A stretch of DNA of 64,000 nucleotides, taken from assembly GCF_035594765.1 (NCBI RefSeq), contig NW_026943825.1:7183802-7247801 (forward strand), read 5' to 3'. The DNA comes from Anolis carolinensis. Taxonomy: Eukaryota. The notes beneath the pieces were generated by a model. It had not been told where the DNA came from, searched no databases, and was given only the letters and a program-made list of their open reading frames with translations. Made by a program: the position numbers and the translations under genes. Shown in pieces: positions 1-12,400 of this stretch (positions are counted from its first letter, which is position 1; every line of letters starts with the position of its first letter).

Positions 1-550
1 GAGTTCCATACTTCGCACTTTAACAACACAACTGTTCACTGCTAAAGCATCCCCATCTGCACAGGGTTCCATACTTCGCACTTTAACAACACAACCGTTC
101 AATGCGAAGGCTTCCCCGTCTGCGCAGGGTTCCATACTTCGCACTTTAACAACACATCAGTTCAATGCTAAGGCTTCCCTGTCTGCGCAGGGTTCCATAC
201 TTCGCACTTTAACAACACAACCGTTCAATGCGAAGGCTTCCCCGTCTGCGCAGGGTTCCATACTTCGCACTTTAACAACACATCAGTTCAATGCTAAGGC
301 TTCCCTGTCTGCGCAGGGTTCCATACTTCGCACTTTAACAACACAACCGTTCAATGCGAAGGCTTCCCCGTCTGCGCAGGGTTCCATACTTCGCACTTTA
401 ACAACACAACTGTTCAATGCTAAGGCTTCCCCGTCTGCGCAGGGTTCCATACTTCGCACTTTAACAACACAACCGTTCAATGCTAAGGCTTCCCCGTCTG
501 TGCAGGGTTCCATACTTCGCACTTTAACAACACAACCGTCCAATGCTAAT
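1..550. repeat. 63-bp minisatellite, about 8.7 copies (truncated by the window edge)
   Basis: Unit GGGTTCCATACTTCGCACTTTAACAACACAACCGTTCAATGC...; GTTCC recurs at 3, 66 and onward. Confidence 0.95.
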
Positions 551-668
551 GCCTCCCTCCAAACGGAACTGACTGTAGAGGGGCGTCTACTGAACAAGCC
601 AATACCTGCTGCATTATACAGGGGCGGTTCAACCATTAGGCGAAGTATGCGGTTTCTTAAGGCGCCAT

Positions 669-682
669 CCTCTAGGGGGCGC
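669..682 (+). promoter_or_regulatory. CTCF-like motif
   Basis: CCTCTAGGGGGCGC against consensus CCASYAGRKGGCRS, one mismatch. Confidence 0.4.
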
Positions 683-1252
683 CGTTGAGGCACCTCCGCC
701 CTCTATCCCAGTTCAATTCACAACTATAGTAATTCCTACATAACATTACCATGTATTGAACTGCTTTTTCTGTTGATTTGGTGTGAAACATGTTTTGGTG
801 CTTAATTTGTAAAATCGTGTCATTTGGTGTTTAATAGGCTTTTCCTTAATCCCTCCTTATTATCCAACATTTTTGCTTATCCAACTGTAGAGGAGAGTCT
901 ATTGAACAAGCCAGGATCTGCCGCAGACTGGGACTGTTGAGGAGTTACGAAGGTGGAGGCATTACTGTTCATTCAACCCTCGTATGAAAAAAATTAAGGC
1001 CCCATCTAGACTGGGATTATATGGCAGTGTAGACTCATATAATCCAGTTCAATGCAATTCAGACTGCATTATACGAGTGCACAAAATGCGAACCAAGCCA
1101 GAGTACTACTCATCTTTCGCTGGTGGTTCGGAGCACAAAACAAAAGAGTTTTAACCCTGGAGGGTTTGGCCAGAATAAATATGATGGAACTGGAGATGTG
1201 TGTTTTCTCCCATGCAACCGGCTCCTCGTCCCGATCGGCAAGCAAGCCTTCT

Positions 1253-4200
1253 TCAGCGGCAACGGCAGGACTTCACCACCATGTTGCTGAGCTGTTGCAC
1301 TTTGGGCGACCGGCCGACGTAGTAGAGGATGGTCAAGGGCTCCAGCTTGTGTGGGACACAACAAGGGGCGGCCGAGGCTTCGGGGTTGAGCTTGTTGTAC
1401 AACGGAAGCACCTGCGGGAATGGGTTGAACAAAGAAGGGGTCAAAACCCTTTTCTGCAGAGGAAACCCTCCAAGTGGGTCACCCGGGATATTGAGTCGTC
1501 CGGGATATTGAGTCGCCCGCTCTCACCATGTTGTACTGAGTATCCGTGCTCCACACGTAACGGCAGCTTCCAGCGCAGAAGTTGGCCTTGTAACCTTTGG
1601 GCTGGTGGATCCACTTCCACTTCAGGTCTTTGCGGAAATCTATGTACAAGGTGCGGAGGCAGCAGCCCTGGTCGGTATTCCTGAAAAGAGGTGGGTTGTG
1701 GAGAGAGAAACACAAGCAGCCCGGAAAACACACAACAACCCTGTGATCCCGGCCATGAAAGCCTTCAACAACACATCCAACCTGTGCTTCCTCACCTGGC
1801 GCAGCTGGGGCTGTTGGCCGATCTGCGACGCCGACCCTTCGGGGAAGGCTCCAACCGGTGTGGGGGGAGCAAGGTGAGGATGATGTGGGGGCCTTTGCCG
1901 GCCAGGTCCGGCGGTCTCGCGCGGCCCTTCCAGGCCTCCTTGATGAGTTCGTCATCCAGTCCTGTGTGCGAAGGCAGCTTTGAGAGACCCTGGGGTTGAA
2001 AGCAACGCTTGGAAACACCACCTCTGTGCACACTTGGGTTCCTACCTGCAAAGCGGGCCTCCAGTTCCTCGCTGTGGTTGGGGCTGATGGTGTTTCCAGC
2101 CGGGACGAAAGTGCAGCAGGGGCAATGCACCCCCAGTTTCAGGCCCAGGTTCCTTTCTGGGCGAGGAGGCAAAAGAGAGCGGGATTATTAGATTGTGTAA
2201 AGCAGACCTATGTTCACACTTGGCACACAGAACTCCCATGACCAAGTAAAAATATTGGACGTCTTCACACAGGAGGGGCAACTATCGTATATACTCGAGT
2301 ATAAGCCAACCCGAATATAAGCCGAGGCACCTAATTTTAGCACAAAAAAACTGGGAAAACATTGATTCCAGTATAAGTCGAGGGTGGTAAATTTCAGAAA
2401 TAAAAATAGATACCAATAAAATTACATTAATTGAGGCATCTGTAGGTTAAATGTGTTGTCGAAGGCTTTCATGGCCGGGATCACAAGGTTGTTGTATGTT
2501 TTCTGGGCTGTGTGGCCATGTTCCAGAAGCATTCTCTCCTGACATTTTGACCACAACTATGGCAGGCATCCTTAGAGGTTGTGAGGTATGGAGAAACTAA
2601 GCAAGGAAGGTTTATACAGTAGAGTCTCACTTATCCAACATAAACGGGCTGGCAGAATGTTGGATAAGCAAATATGATGGATAATAAGGAGGGATTAAGG
2701 AAAAGCCTATTACATGTCAAATTAGGTTATGATTTTACAAATTAATCACCAAAACATCATGTTTAACAACAAATTTGACAGAAAAAGTAGTTCAATACGC
2801 AGTAATGCTATGTAGTAATTACTGTATTTACGAATTTAGCACCAAAATATCATGATGTATTGACAACATTGACTACAAAAATGCGTTGGATAATCCAGAA
2901 CGTTGGATAAGCGAGTGTTGGATAAGTGAGACTCTACTGTATTTACATAAAGCTCAAATTTAAGATAAGACTGTCCAACTCTCATCAAATCATTATTCTC
3001 ATCTACTTCAATGTAAATGTGCTTATGTATCCTTTGAATAATAATAGAGTAAAATAATACATGTAATAATAATAATAAATACAGGAAAATAATACATGTA
3101 ATAATAAATAGAATAAAATAATAAATGCAATAATAATAATAAGATCAGAGTGAAATAATAAATGTATTATTAATAATAATAAAAATAGAGTAAAATAAAT
3201 GTAATAGCAACAACAATAATAAATGTAATAATACCAATAATAATAGAGAAAAATAATAAATGTACCATATATTCTCAAGTATAAGCTGACCCACATATAA
3301 GCCAACCAGGACCCTCACCTGAGTATAAGCCGAGGGTGGCTTTTTCAGTCTTAAGGCTGAAAAACTAGGGCTGAAAAACTAGGCTTTTGAGGGGAATTGG
3401 CCTGGACATTTTGGAATTATAGGTACTGGGATGTATAGTTCACCTGCAACCAATGAGCACTCCGAAATCCACCAGTGATGGACCTGGAACTAACTTGGAA
3501 CACACAACCATATGCATTTTGTACAATTAACAAGACCCTCACCTCTTTTTCCCAGCCACTGGCTGACCGTGTCCGTGACATCAAAGGAGACCCACTCAGC
3601 CCGATCCGTGGGGTGTAAGGTCTTGCTCTCCACGTAGCGCTGAGTTGGTACCAAGGGCTCCCTTGCCCGAACCACCTGAGGAATTTGTTGTTGTTATTGT
3701 TTAAAAAGTTTGCCCTTACTTCCCAAAAGTTGTTTACAAAATCATGACAGACATGTTTACAAAACAATGGATGAATGATGACAGACTGCATGGGTGTCAG
3801 CCAGCTGGGACCTGCTTTATCCAGGGCCGGCCCTAGGTCATTTTCAAGTGTAAGCGAACAGAATTTTGGTCCCCCTCCCCAAAACAGTCACTGAAAAATA
3901 AAAGCATTGGATAAGCTGAAATGTTGAATAATAAGGAGGGATTAAGGAAAAGCCTATTAAACATCAAATTAGGTTATGATTTTACAAATTAAGCACCAAA
4001 ACAAATCAACAGAAAAAGCAGTTGAATACATGGTTATGTTATGTAGGCATTACTATACAGTAGAGTCTCCCTTATCCAAGCCTCTGGATAATCCAAGCCA
4101 TTTTTGTAGTCAATGTTTCCAATATATCGTGATATTTTGGTGCTAAATTCGTAAATACAGTAATTACAACATAACATTACTGCATATTGAACTACTTTTT

Positions 4201-6995
4201 CTGTCAAATTTGTTGTATAACATGATGTTTTTGGTGCTTAATTTGTAAAATCATAACCTAATTTGATGTTTAATAGGCTTTTCCTTAATCCCTCCTTATT
4301 ATCCCATATTGTTTTTGTTGACCCACCCTTTCCACTTCCAAAGCTAGTTTACTGTTTTTCTTTGAAATATGGTAAATATTCAAAAATATTTAACCTCCGG
4401 ATGCCTCAATTAATGTAATTTTATTGATATCTATTGGTATCGCGTCAATACGTTTCCCCAGTTTCTTGTGGTAAAATTAGGTGCCACGGCTTATACATAC
4501 AAATTATATATAATTTGATGTTTAATAGGCTTTTCCTTAATCCCTCCTTATTATCCAAGATATTCGCTTATCCAAGCTTCTGCCGGCCCGTTTAGCTTGG
4601 ATTAGTGAGACTCTACTGTATTTACGAATTTAGCACCAAACATTGAACTGGGATAGAGGGCAGTGTGGACTCAGATAACCCAGTTCAAAGCAGATATTGT
4701 GGGTTATTCTGCCTTGGTATTCTGTGTGGAAGAGCACTGAGGGTCCTTCCACATAGCCATTTAATCCAAAATATCAAGGCAGATAATCCACAATTAAAAG
4801 GGAATCTGGCCCCCGGTATTTAAAAAAAACTCTAAAATCAGGACAGTAAATAAATAACACCACTCAGAAAACAGAGGAATTCCAGACAGGAAACAATCAG
4901 GGCCAGCTAACGCCTCCCAACAATGGATTCTCCCAGGCAAGAAGCAGACAGGCTTTGAAGTTGCAAAGCCGTTTAGTGCTAATCAAGGTGGCCACTTCCA
5001 ACAGTCACACTTGCCTCAAGGACATTCCAGAGATATATAAACACTTGCCTAATTTCCAAGAGGCATGCAAACTAAAAGTTGGCTTTAGGGCACTTGGAGG
5101 CACCTCAACCAAACAATGGCGCCTTAAGCAAATGCCTAATTTGCCTTACGGTTGAACCGCCCCTGAGGGGGACCCTGAGGTTCCGACCTGATAGAGCTCC
5201 AGGCGTTGCTCCATGGTCCGTGCCCGAGGGTTGGGGACTCTGTAGACGCGGAGCTCGGCCTGGACGAGGCTGCTGAGGTTGGACTCGGCGCCAGAGACAT
5301 CGAAGTGCAGGAGGCGGAAGAAGGGGCTGCTGTGGGTGCTGGAGATGGCGTCTGCGGAAGGAGGAGGGGAAAGGCACGCCTGAGAGGCCGAAATTGGGTT
5401 CCTGGAGGGGTTGGGGTTAGGGAAGTGACCTTCCTTTCTGGGAGTTGTAGTTCACCCACAACCAGTGAAACTGTGACCTACACCAATAATGGATCTGGAC
5501 CAAACTTGGCACACAGAATCCCCATGACTATCTCAACCTACTGGAGGGGTTGGAGGGGACTTGCTCACCATAGTTGGAGTTGTAGTTCACCCACAACCAG
5601 TGAAACTGTGACCTACACCAATAATGGATCTGGACCAAACTTGGCACACAGAATCCCCATGACTATCTCAACCTACTGGAGGGGCTGGAGGGGACTTGCT
5701 CACCATAGTTGGAGTTGTAGTTCACCCACAACCAGTGAAACTGTGACCTACACCAATAATGGATCTGGACCAAACTTGGCACACAGAATCCCCATGACTA
5801 TCTCAACCTACTGGAGCGGTTGGAGGGAACTTGCTCACCATAGTTGGAGTTGGAGTTCACCCACAACCAGGGAAACTGTGACCTACACCAATAATGGATC
5901 TGGACCAAACTTGGGACACTGACCTCATATGCTGAAATTTGATTCCCGGAGGGGTTTGAGTTAGGGTTAGGGAACTGTCCTTCCTTTCTGGGAGTTGTAG
6001 TTCACCCACAACCAGAGAAACTATGACCTTTACTTATGATGGAACCCATACACCAAACCCAAACACTGATGGATCTGGACCAAACTTGGCACATAGACCT
6101 GATAGGCCGAAATTGGATTACTGGAGGGGTTTGGGGGGGAGAACGGAACTGACCTTCCTTTCTGGGAGTTGTAGTTCACCCACAACCAGGGAAACTGTAA
6201 TGTGCACCAATGATGGATCTGGATCAAACTTGGCACACAGAACCTCCATGACTAACTCAACCTACTGGAAGGGTTGGAGGGGCCTTGCTCACCATAGTGG
6301 GAGTTGTAGTTCACCCACAACCAGGGAAACTGTGATATCCACCAATAATGGATCTGGACCAAACTTGGCACACAGAACCCCCAGGACTAACTCAACCTAC
6401 TGGAGGGGTTGGAGGGGCCTTGCTCACCATAGTGGGAGTTGTAGTTCACCTACAACCAGGGAAACTGTGGCGTCCACCAAAAATGGATCTGGACCAAACT
6501 TGGGACACTGACCTGATATGCTGAAATTTGATTACTGGAGGAATTTGGGTTAGGGTTAGGGGACTGACCTCACTTTCTGGGAGTCGTAGTTCACCCACAA
6601 CCAGTTCCCATCTGTCTACCCATCTATCGATCTCACCGCCCTTCCCGGTGCCCCTTACTGTCAGTCTGCCCGGGGGGCAACATGTCCAGGCGCCGCACTT
6701 CCTTGGCATAGTAGTCCTCCTCCTCGCTGCTGCCGGCACCACGTCCACCGCAGGCCCCTCGTTCCCGGGACAGCTCCTTTGTGCTGTTGTACAGCAGCAT
6801 CACCTCGGCCGGCGGCTGTTCGGGGGTCCCGTCCTCTTCCTCGGGGGGTGCCGCCAGTTGCAGTTTGCTGAGGATTTGTCCTCGCACGGCCTCGACCCGC
6901 CGGGCCCGGGCCACCTCCAGGTCCAGGACCTGGCACGTCGAAAGGGCCCGGGCCAGCGGCACCACCAGGAGCAGGGTGAAGAGCACACTTGACAT
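1253..6995 (-). CDS. Transforming growth factor beta family proprotein (TGF-beta2-like; candidate fourth paralog), 7 exons, 407 aa
   Basis: Join (minus): 6995-6659, 5351-5188, 3675-3543, 2156-2046, 1961-1796, 1680-1527, 1411-1253. All introns are GT-AG with compatible phases, total 1224 nt. Signal peptide [46 protein letters not shown], furin site RRRR, and a 112-aa mature domain with 9 Cys at 7,15,16,44,48,77,78,109,111. Confidence 0.95.
2286..3390. mobile_element. Nested TEs: pogo/mariner-like MITE (TIR ...GTATATACTCGAGTATAAGCC) containing a Penelope fragment and a second MITE (2617-2939)
   Basis: TIR motifs are visible. The inner element is bounded by TA-CAGTAGAGTCTCACTTATCC...GGATAAGTGAGACTCTACTG-TA. 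Confidence 0.75.
5400..6605. repeat. About 135-bp tandem repeat filling TGF-beta intron 1
   Basis: Recurring GGAGTTGTAGTTCACCCACAACCAG...GGATCTGGACCAAACTTGGCAC. The 45-aa periodicity in the ORF track agrees. A related dispersed copy lies at about 57010-57290. Confidence 0.9.
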
Positions 6996-7437
6996 CCCGA
7001 AATCCAGGCTGCAAAGGGGTCAAAGTGCTGCTTTGAAGTCTTTTCGTTATTTTGGAGGGTGCAAAAGTCTAATTGCCTGGCAAAGTCAGGAAAAGAGGCA
7101 GAGATGCATCTGCAGAGGGTGACAACACAGAGGGGGAGTCAAGGAGCCTTTCCCATCCCGAAAGGCATTGCCAAAGCAACGCAGTGCCCGCACCTTTTTC
7201 TCCTTCTGTGTGCCCATCCCTCCCCACGCTTCCCACACGTCCTCCACCCCTTTCCTGCCACACGCGTCTGCTCCACAGAGCCGGCATTGATCCCACTCCG
7301 GCCACAGAGAAGGGCCAGGACAGAGCAATGCAAAGAGACCTCTCGACGCCTCTCTCCTGTTTCTTGGCCTTATTATGAAGCTGCCTTCGGCTATACAGAC
7401 CTGATGGAAAAGTCGGCATGATTTGCAAGTTTTAATA

Positions 7438-8404
7438 GTAAAGGTAAAAGGTTTTCCCCTGATGTTAAGTCCAGATGTGTCCGACTCTGGGAGTTGGTGG
7501 TCATCTCTATTTCTAAGCCGTAGAGCCAGCGTTGTCCATAGACACCTCCAAGGTCATGACTGCATCCAGTGCCGTTACCTTCCCACCAGAGCAGTACCTA
7601 TTCATCTACTCACACTCTGGGGGTTGGTGCTCATCTCCATTTCTAAGCCCAATAGCCGGCGTTGTCCATAGACACCTCCAAGGTCATGACTGCATTGAGC
7701 GCTGTTACCTTCCCACCAGAGCAGTACCTATTGATCTACTCACACTCAGGGGGTTGGTGCTCATCTCCATTTCTAAGCCCAAGAGCCGGCGTTGTCCATA
7801 GACACCTCCAAGGTCCTGACTGCATTGAGCGCCGTTACCTTCCCGCCAGAGCAGTACCTATTCATCTACTCACACTGTCACTTTGTGCTCATCTCCATTT
7901 CTAAGCCCAAGAGCCGGCGTTGTCCATAGACACCTCCAAGATCATGACTGCATTGAGTGCCGTTACCTTCCCACCAGAGCAGTACCTATTGATCTACTCA
8001 CACTCTGGCACTTGGTGCTCATCTCCATTTCTAAGCCCAAGAGCCGGCGTTGTCCATAGACACACCCAAGGTCATGACTGCATGGAGCTCCGTGACCTTC
8101 CCACCAGAGCAGTACCTATTGATCTACTCACACTCTGGCACTTTGTGGTCATCTCTATTTCTAAGCCCAAGAGCCGGCGTTGTCCGTAGACACCGCCAAG
8201 GCCATGACTGCATGGAGTGCCATTACCTTCCCACCAGAGCAGTACCTATTGATCTACTCACCTTTGCATGTTTTCAAACTGCTAGGTTGGCAGAAGCTGG
8301 AGCTAACAGCGGGTGCTCACTCCGCTCCCCAGATTCGAACTTGCAACCTTTCGGTCTGCAAGTTCAGCAGCTCAGCGCTTTAACACGCTGCACCACCGGG
8401 GGCT
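7438..8404 (-). mobile_element. Sauria SINE with a six-fold internal tandem duplication (about 130 bp)
   Basis: (ACCTTT)-type tail at about 7440 and tRNA-like head at about 8330-8404. The unit ...TGTCCATAGACACCTCCAAGGTCATGACTGCAT...ACCTTCCCACCAGAGCAGTACCTATT is repeated. Confidence 0.85.
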
Positions 8405-8914
8405 CAATCCTATGCATGCCTATGATTATAAATTTATTTATTTAGTTACTTACTGGTACTAAGTAAATAAATAAATAAATAAATAATATTCCGCCCTTCT
8501 CACTCATTCCTTTCCACACGCTGCTGGCAATTTTATGGTGTAGTAAATTAGATAAATTAGCCTCCCCACATAAAGCAGTACCTACATTTCCTACAACTGT
8601 CTTTCGGGCTGCTTAGGTCAACAGCGAGCTAGGCTATTAAATGGTTGGGGAGTTTCTCAGGCATGATGGAAGTTGTAGTTCACCCACAATCTTATGTATT
8701 TTGTAAAAAAATTAAAAAAATTTCAAATGACCCAGGCAACGCCGGGTACCCAAGCTAGATAATAATAATAATAATACTAATAATAATCGCCATTATCATT
8801 ACCACAATCTTACATCTCAAATTAATAAAATAGACCCATCTATACAGAAGCTAATTCTGTATTGATTCAATAGGTTTCATGTCTACCCTCAATATGTTTA
8901 TTTTAGGTCCTAAC

Positions 8915-8928
8915 GTGCCATCTAGTGG
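8915..8928 (-). promoter_or_regulatory. CTCF motif
   Basis: Reverse strand reads CCACTAGATGGCAC, a full consensus match in non-repetitive sequence. Confidence 0.55.
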
Positions 8929-8987
8929 TAAATTAAATGCGACAAGTTTTAAACTATCTTTTGCAGGAGTTAAACAGAGCAAATACT

Positions 8988-9041
<54 letters not shown>

Positions 9042-9165
9042 GTATATATGCATAAACACAGACTGGATATGCATAAACACAGACATGCCTAACAACTACA
9101 TATCGAACTACACAGCATACATATCTATTTTAATAATTGTATTATTACTATTATTATTGTTGTTG

Positions 9166-9202
<37 letters not shown>

Positions 9203-9497
9203 GGTGTTGTTTTTGTTATTTATTACTCTAATAACATATAGAAATCTAAACCGCAATGTCTTTTGGTGCTTCGGGGCAATGGCCGTTTGTTGCGCGGCAG
9301 GTTTGGCACATGGGTCCCACCCACCCGGGTGACAAAACCAGCACCAACTGGTGCAAACTGGTCACGTGCGGCAATGCATTGACTGGAAGGAAAGCCAGTC
9401 CTTAGAAGGTTGTCCACTCTCTGTTTTCAACCTTTTCCTATGCAACATTCAGATTCCAAGTCTGAATTACTGGGTTGCAATTTCATTCAAACACAGG

Positions 9498-12400
9498 CAG
9501 GATGGCCATCTGTCGGGTGGGCTTTGATGGGTCTCGGATTCTATGATTCAGAGGGTAGATGGCCATCTGTCGGGAGGGCTTTGATGGGTCTTGGATTCAA
9601 TGATTCAGAGGGTAGATGGCCATCTGTCGGGAGGGCTTAGGTGGGTCTCGGATTCTATGATTCAGAGGCTAGATGGCCATCTGTCGGGAGGGCTTTGGTG
9701 GGTCTTGGATTCAATGATTCAGAGGCTAGATGGCCATCTGTCGGGAGGGCTTAGGTGGGTCTCGGATTCTATGATTCAGAGGCTAGATGGCCATCTGTCG
9801 GGAGGGCTTTGATGGGTCTTGGATTCAATGATTCAGAGGGTAGATGGCCATCTGTCGGGAGGGCTTAGGTGGGTCTCGGATTCTATGATTCAGAGGCTAG
9901 ATGGCCATCTGTCGGGAGGGCTTTGATGGGTCTTGGATTCAATGATTCAGAGGGTAGATGGCCATCTGTCGGGAGGGCTTTGGTGGGTCTCGGATTCTAT
10001 GATTCAGAGGGTAGATGGCCATCTGTCGGGAGGGCTTTGGTGGGTCTCGGATTCTATGATTCAGAGGCTAGATGGCCATCTGTCGGGAGGGCTTTAGTGG
10101 GTCTCGGATTCAATTATTCAGAGGCTAGATGGCCATCTGTCGGGAGGGCTTTGGTGGGTCTCGGATTCAATGATTCAGAGGCTAGATGGCCATCTGTCGG
10201 GAGGGCTTTGGTGGGTCTCGGATTCTATGATTCAGAGGATAGATGGCCATCTGTCGGGAGGGCTTTGATGGGTCCTGGATTCTATGATTCAGAGGATAGA
10301 TGGCCATCTGTCGGGAGGGCTTTGGTGGGTCTCGGATTCTATGATTCAGAGGGTAGATGGCCATCTGTCGGGAGGGCTTTGGTGGGTCTTGGATTCAGTA
10401 ATTCAGAGGCTAGATGGCCATCTGTCGGGAGGGCTTTGATGGGTCCTGGATTCTATGATTCAGAGGCTAGATGGCCATCTGTCGGGAGGGCTTTGATGGG
10501 TCTCGGATTCTATGATTCAGAGGCTAGATGGCCATCTGTCGGGAGGGCTTTGATGGGTCTTGGATTCTATGATTCAGAGGATAGATGGCCATCTGTCGGG
10601 AGGGCTTTGGTGGGTCTCGGATTCTATGATTCAGAGGGTAGATGGCCATCTGTCGGGAGGGCTTTGGTGGGTCTTGGATTCAGTAATTCAGAGGCTAGAT
10701 GGCCATCTGTCGGGAGGGCTTTGATGGGTCCTGGATTCTATGATTCAGAGGCTAGATGGCCATCTGTCGGGAGGGCTTTGATGGGTCTCGGATTCTATGA
10801 TTCAGAGGCTAGATGGCCATCTGTCAGGAGGGCTTTGATGGGTCTTGGATTCAATGATTCAGAGGGTAGATGGCCATCTGTCGGGAGGGCTTTGATGGGT
10901 CCCGGATTCAATGATTCAGAGGCTGGATGGCCATCTGTCGGGAGGGCTTTGGTGGTGTCTTCCCACACAATAAAAGAGGATTGGAGTAAAGGGTGCTTTG
11001 GTATCGAGGATTCTAAGATTCAGAGGCTGGATGGCCATCTGTCGGGAGGGCTTTGGTGGTGCCTTCTTACACATTAAAAGGAAACTGGACTAAATTGGAT
11101 GTAAGATTCTAAGGTTCAGAAGCTGGATGGCCACCTGTTGGGAGGGCTTTGGTGGTGCCTTAAACACATTTAAAAGGGAATTTAAGATTCAGAGGCTGGG
11201 TGGCCATCTGTTGGGAGGGCTTTGGTGGTGTCTTCCCACACAATAAAAGAGGATTGGATTAAAGAGCCCTTGGGGTCTCGGATTCTATGATTCAGAGGCT
11301 GGGTGGCCATCTGTCGGGAGGGCTTTGGTAGGTCTCGGATTCTATGATTCAAAGGGAGATGGCCATCTGTTGGGAGGGCTTTGGTGGTGTCTTACCACAC
11401 AATAAAAGAGGATTCGAGTCAAGAGCCCTTGGGGTCTCGGATTCTAAGATTCAGAGGCTGGATGGCCATCTGTTGGGAGGGCTTTGGTGGTGCCTTGAAC
11501 ACATTTAAAAGGGAATTTAAGATTCAGAAGCTGGATGGCCATCTGTCGGGAGGGCTTTGGTGGTGCCTTACCACACAATAAAAGAGGATTAGAGTCAAGA
11601 GCCCTTGGGGTCTCGGATTCTAAGATTCAGAAGCTGGATGGCCATCTGTCGGGAGGGCTTTGGTGGTGCCTTAAACACATTTAAAAGGGAATTTAAGATT
11701 CATCGGCTGGATGGCCATCTGTCGGGAGGGCTTTGGTGGTGCCTTACCACACAATAAAAGAGGATTCGAGTCAAGAGCCCTTGGGGTCTCGGATTCTAAG
11801 ATTCAGAGGCTGGATGGCCATCTGTCGGGAGGGCTTTGGTGGTGCCTTAAACACATTTAAAAGGGAATTTAAGATTCAGAAGCTGGATGGCCATCTGTCG
11901 GGAGGGCTTTGGTGGTGCCTTCCCACACAATAAAAGGAAATTTAAGATTCATCGGCTGGATGGCCATCTGTCGGGAGGGCTTGGTGGTGCCTTAAACACA
12001 TTTAAAAGGGAATTTAAGATTCAGAGGCTGGGTGGCCATCTGTTGGGAGGGCTTTGGTGGTGCCTTAAACACATTTAAAAGGGAATTTAAGATTCAGAGG
12101 CTGGGTGGCCATCTGTTGGGAGGGCTTTGGTGGTGCTTAACCGCACATTTAAAAGGGAATTTAAGATTCAGAAGCTGGGTGGCCATCTGTCGGGAGGGCT
12201 TTGGTGGTGCCTTAAACACATTTAAAAGGGAATTTAAGATTCAGAGGCTGGGTGGCCATCTGTCGGGAGGGCTTTGGTGGTGTCTTCCCACACAATAAAA
12301 GGGAATTTAAGATTCAGAAGCTGGGTGGCCATCTGTCGGGAGGGCTTTGGTGGTGCCTTAAACACATTTAAAAGGGAATTTAAGATTCAGAGGCTGGGTG

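Noticed and set aside
1052-1684. 210-aa plus-strand ORF
   Set aside because: Antisense shadow of GC-rich TGF-beta exons 6-7.
5206-6511. 238-aa and 162-aa plus-strand ORFs
   Set aside because: Antisense to TGF-beta exon 2 plus the 135-bp tandem repeat.
1253-6995. Naming the gene TGFB1, TGFB2 or TGFB3
   Set aside because: No RGD (unlike beta1/beta3), R25/V92/R94 (unlike beta2), a divergent mature N-terminus and the wrong neighbours. Symbol left blank pending phylogeny.
9869-11077. 402-aa ORF with a 20-aa repeat
   Set aside because: Translation of a stop-free 60-bp minisatellite, with a non-ATG start and no domain or splice context.
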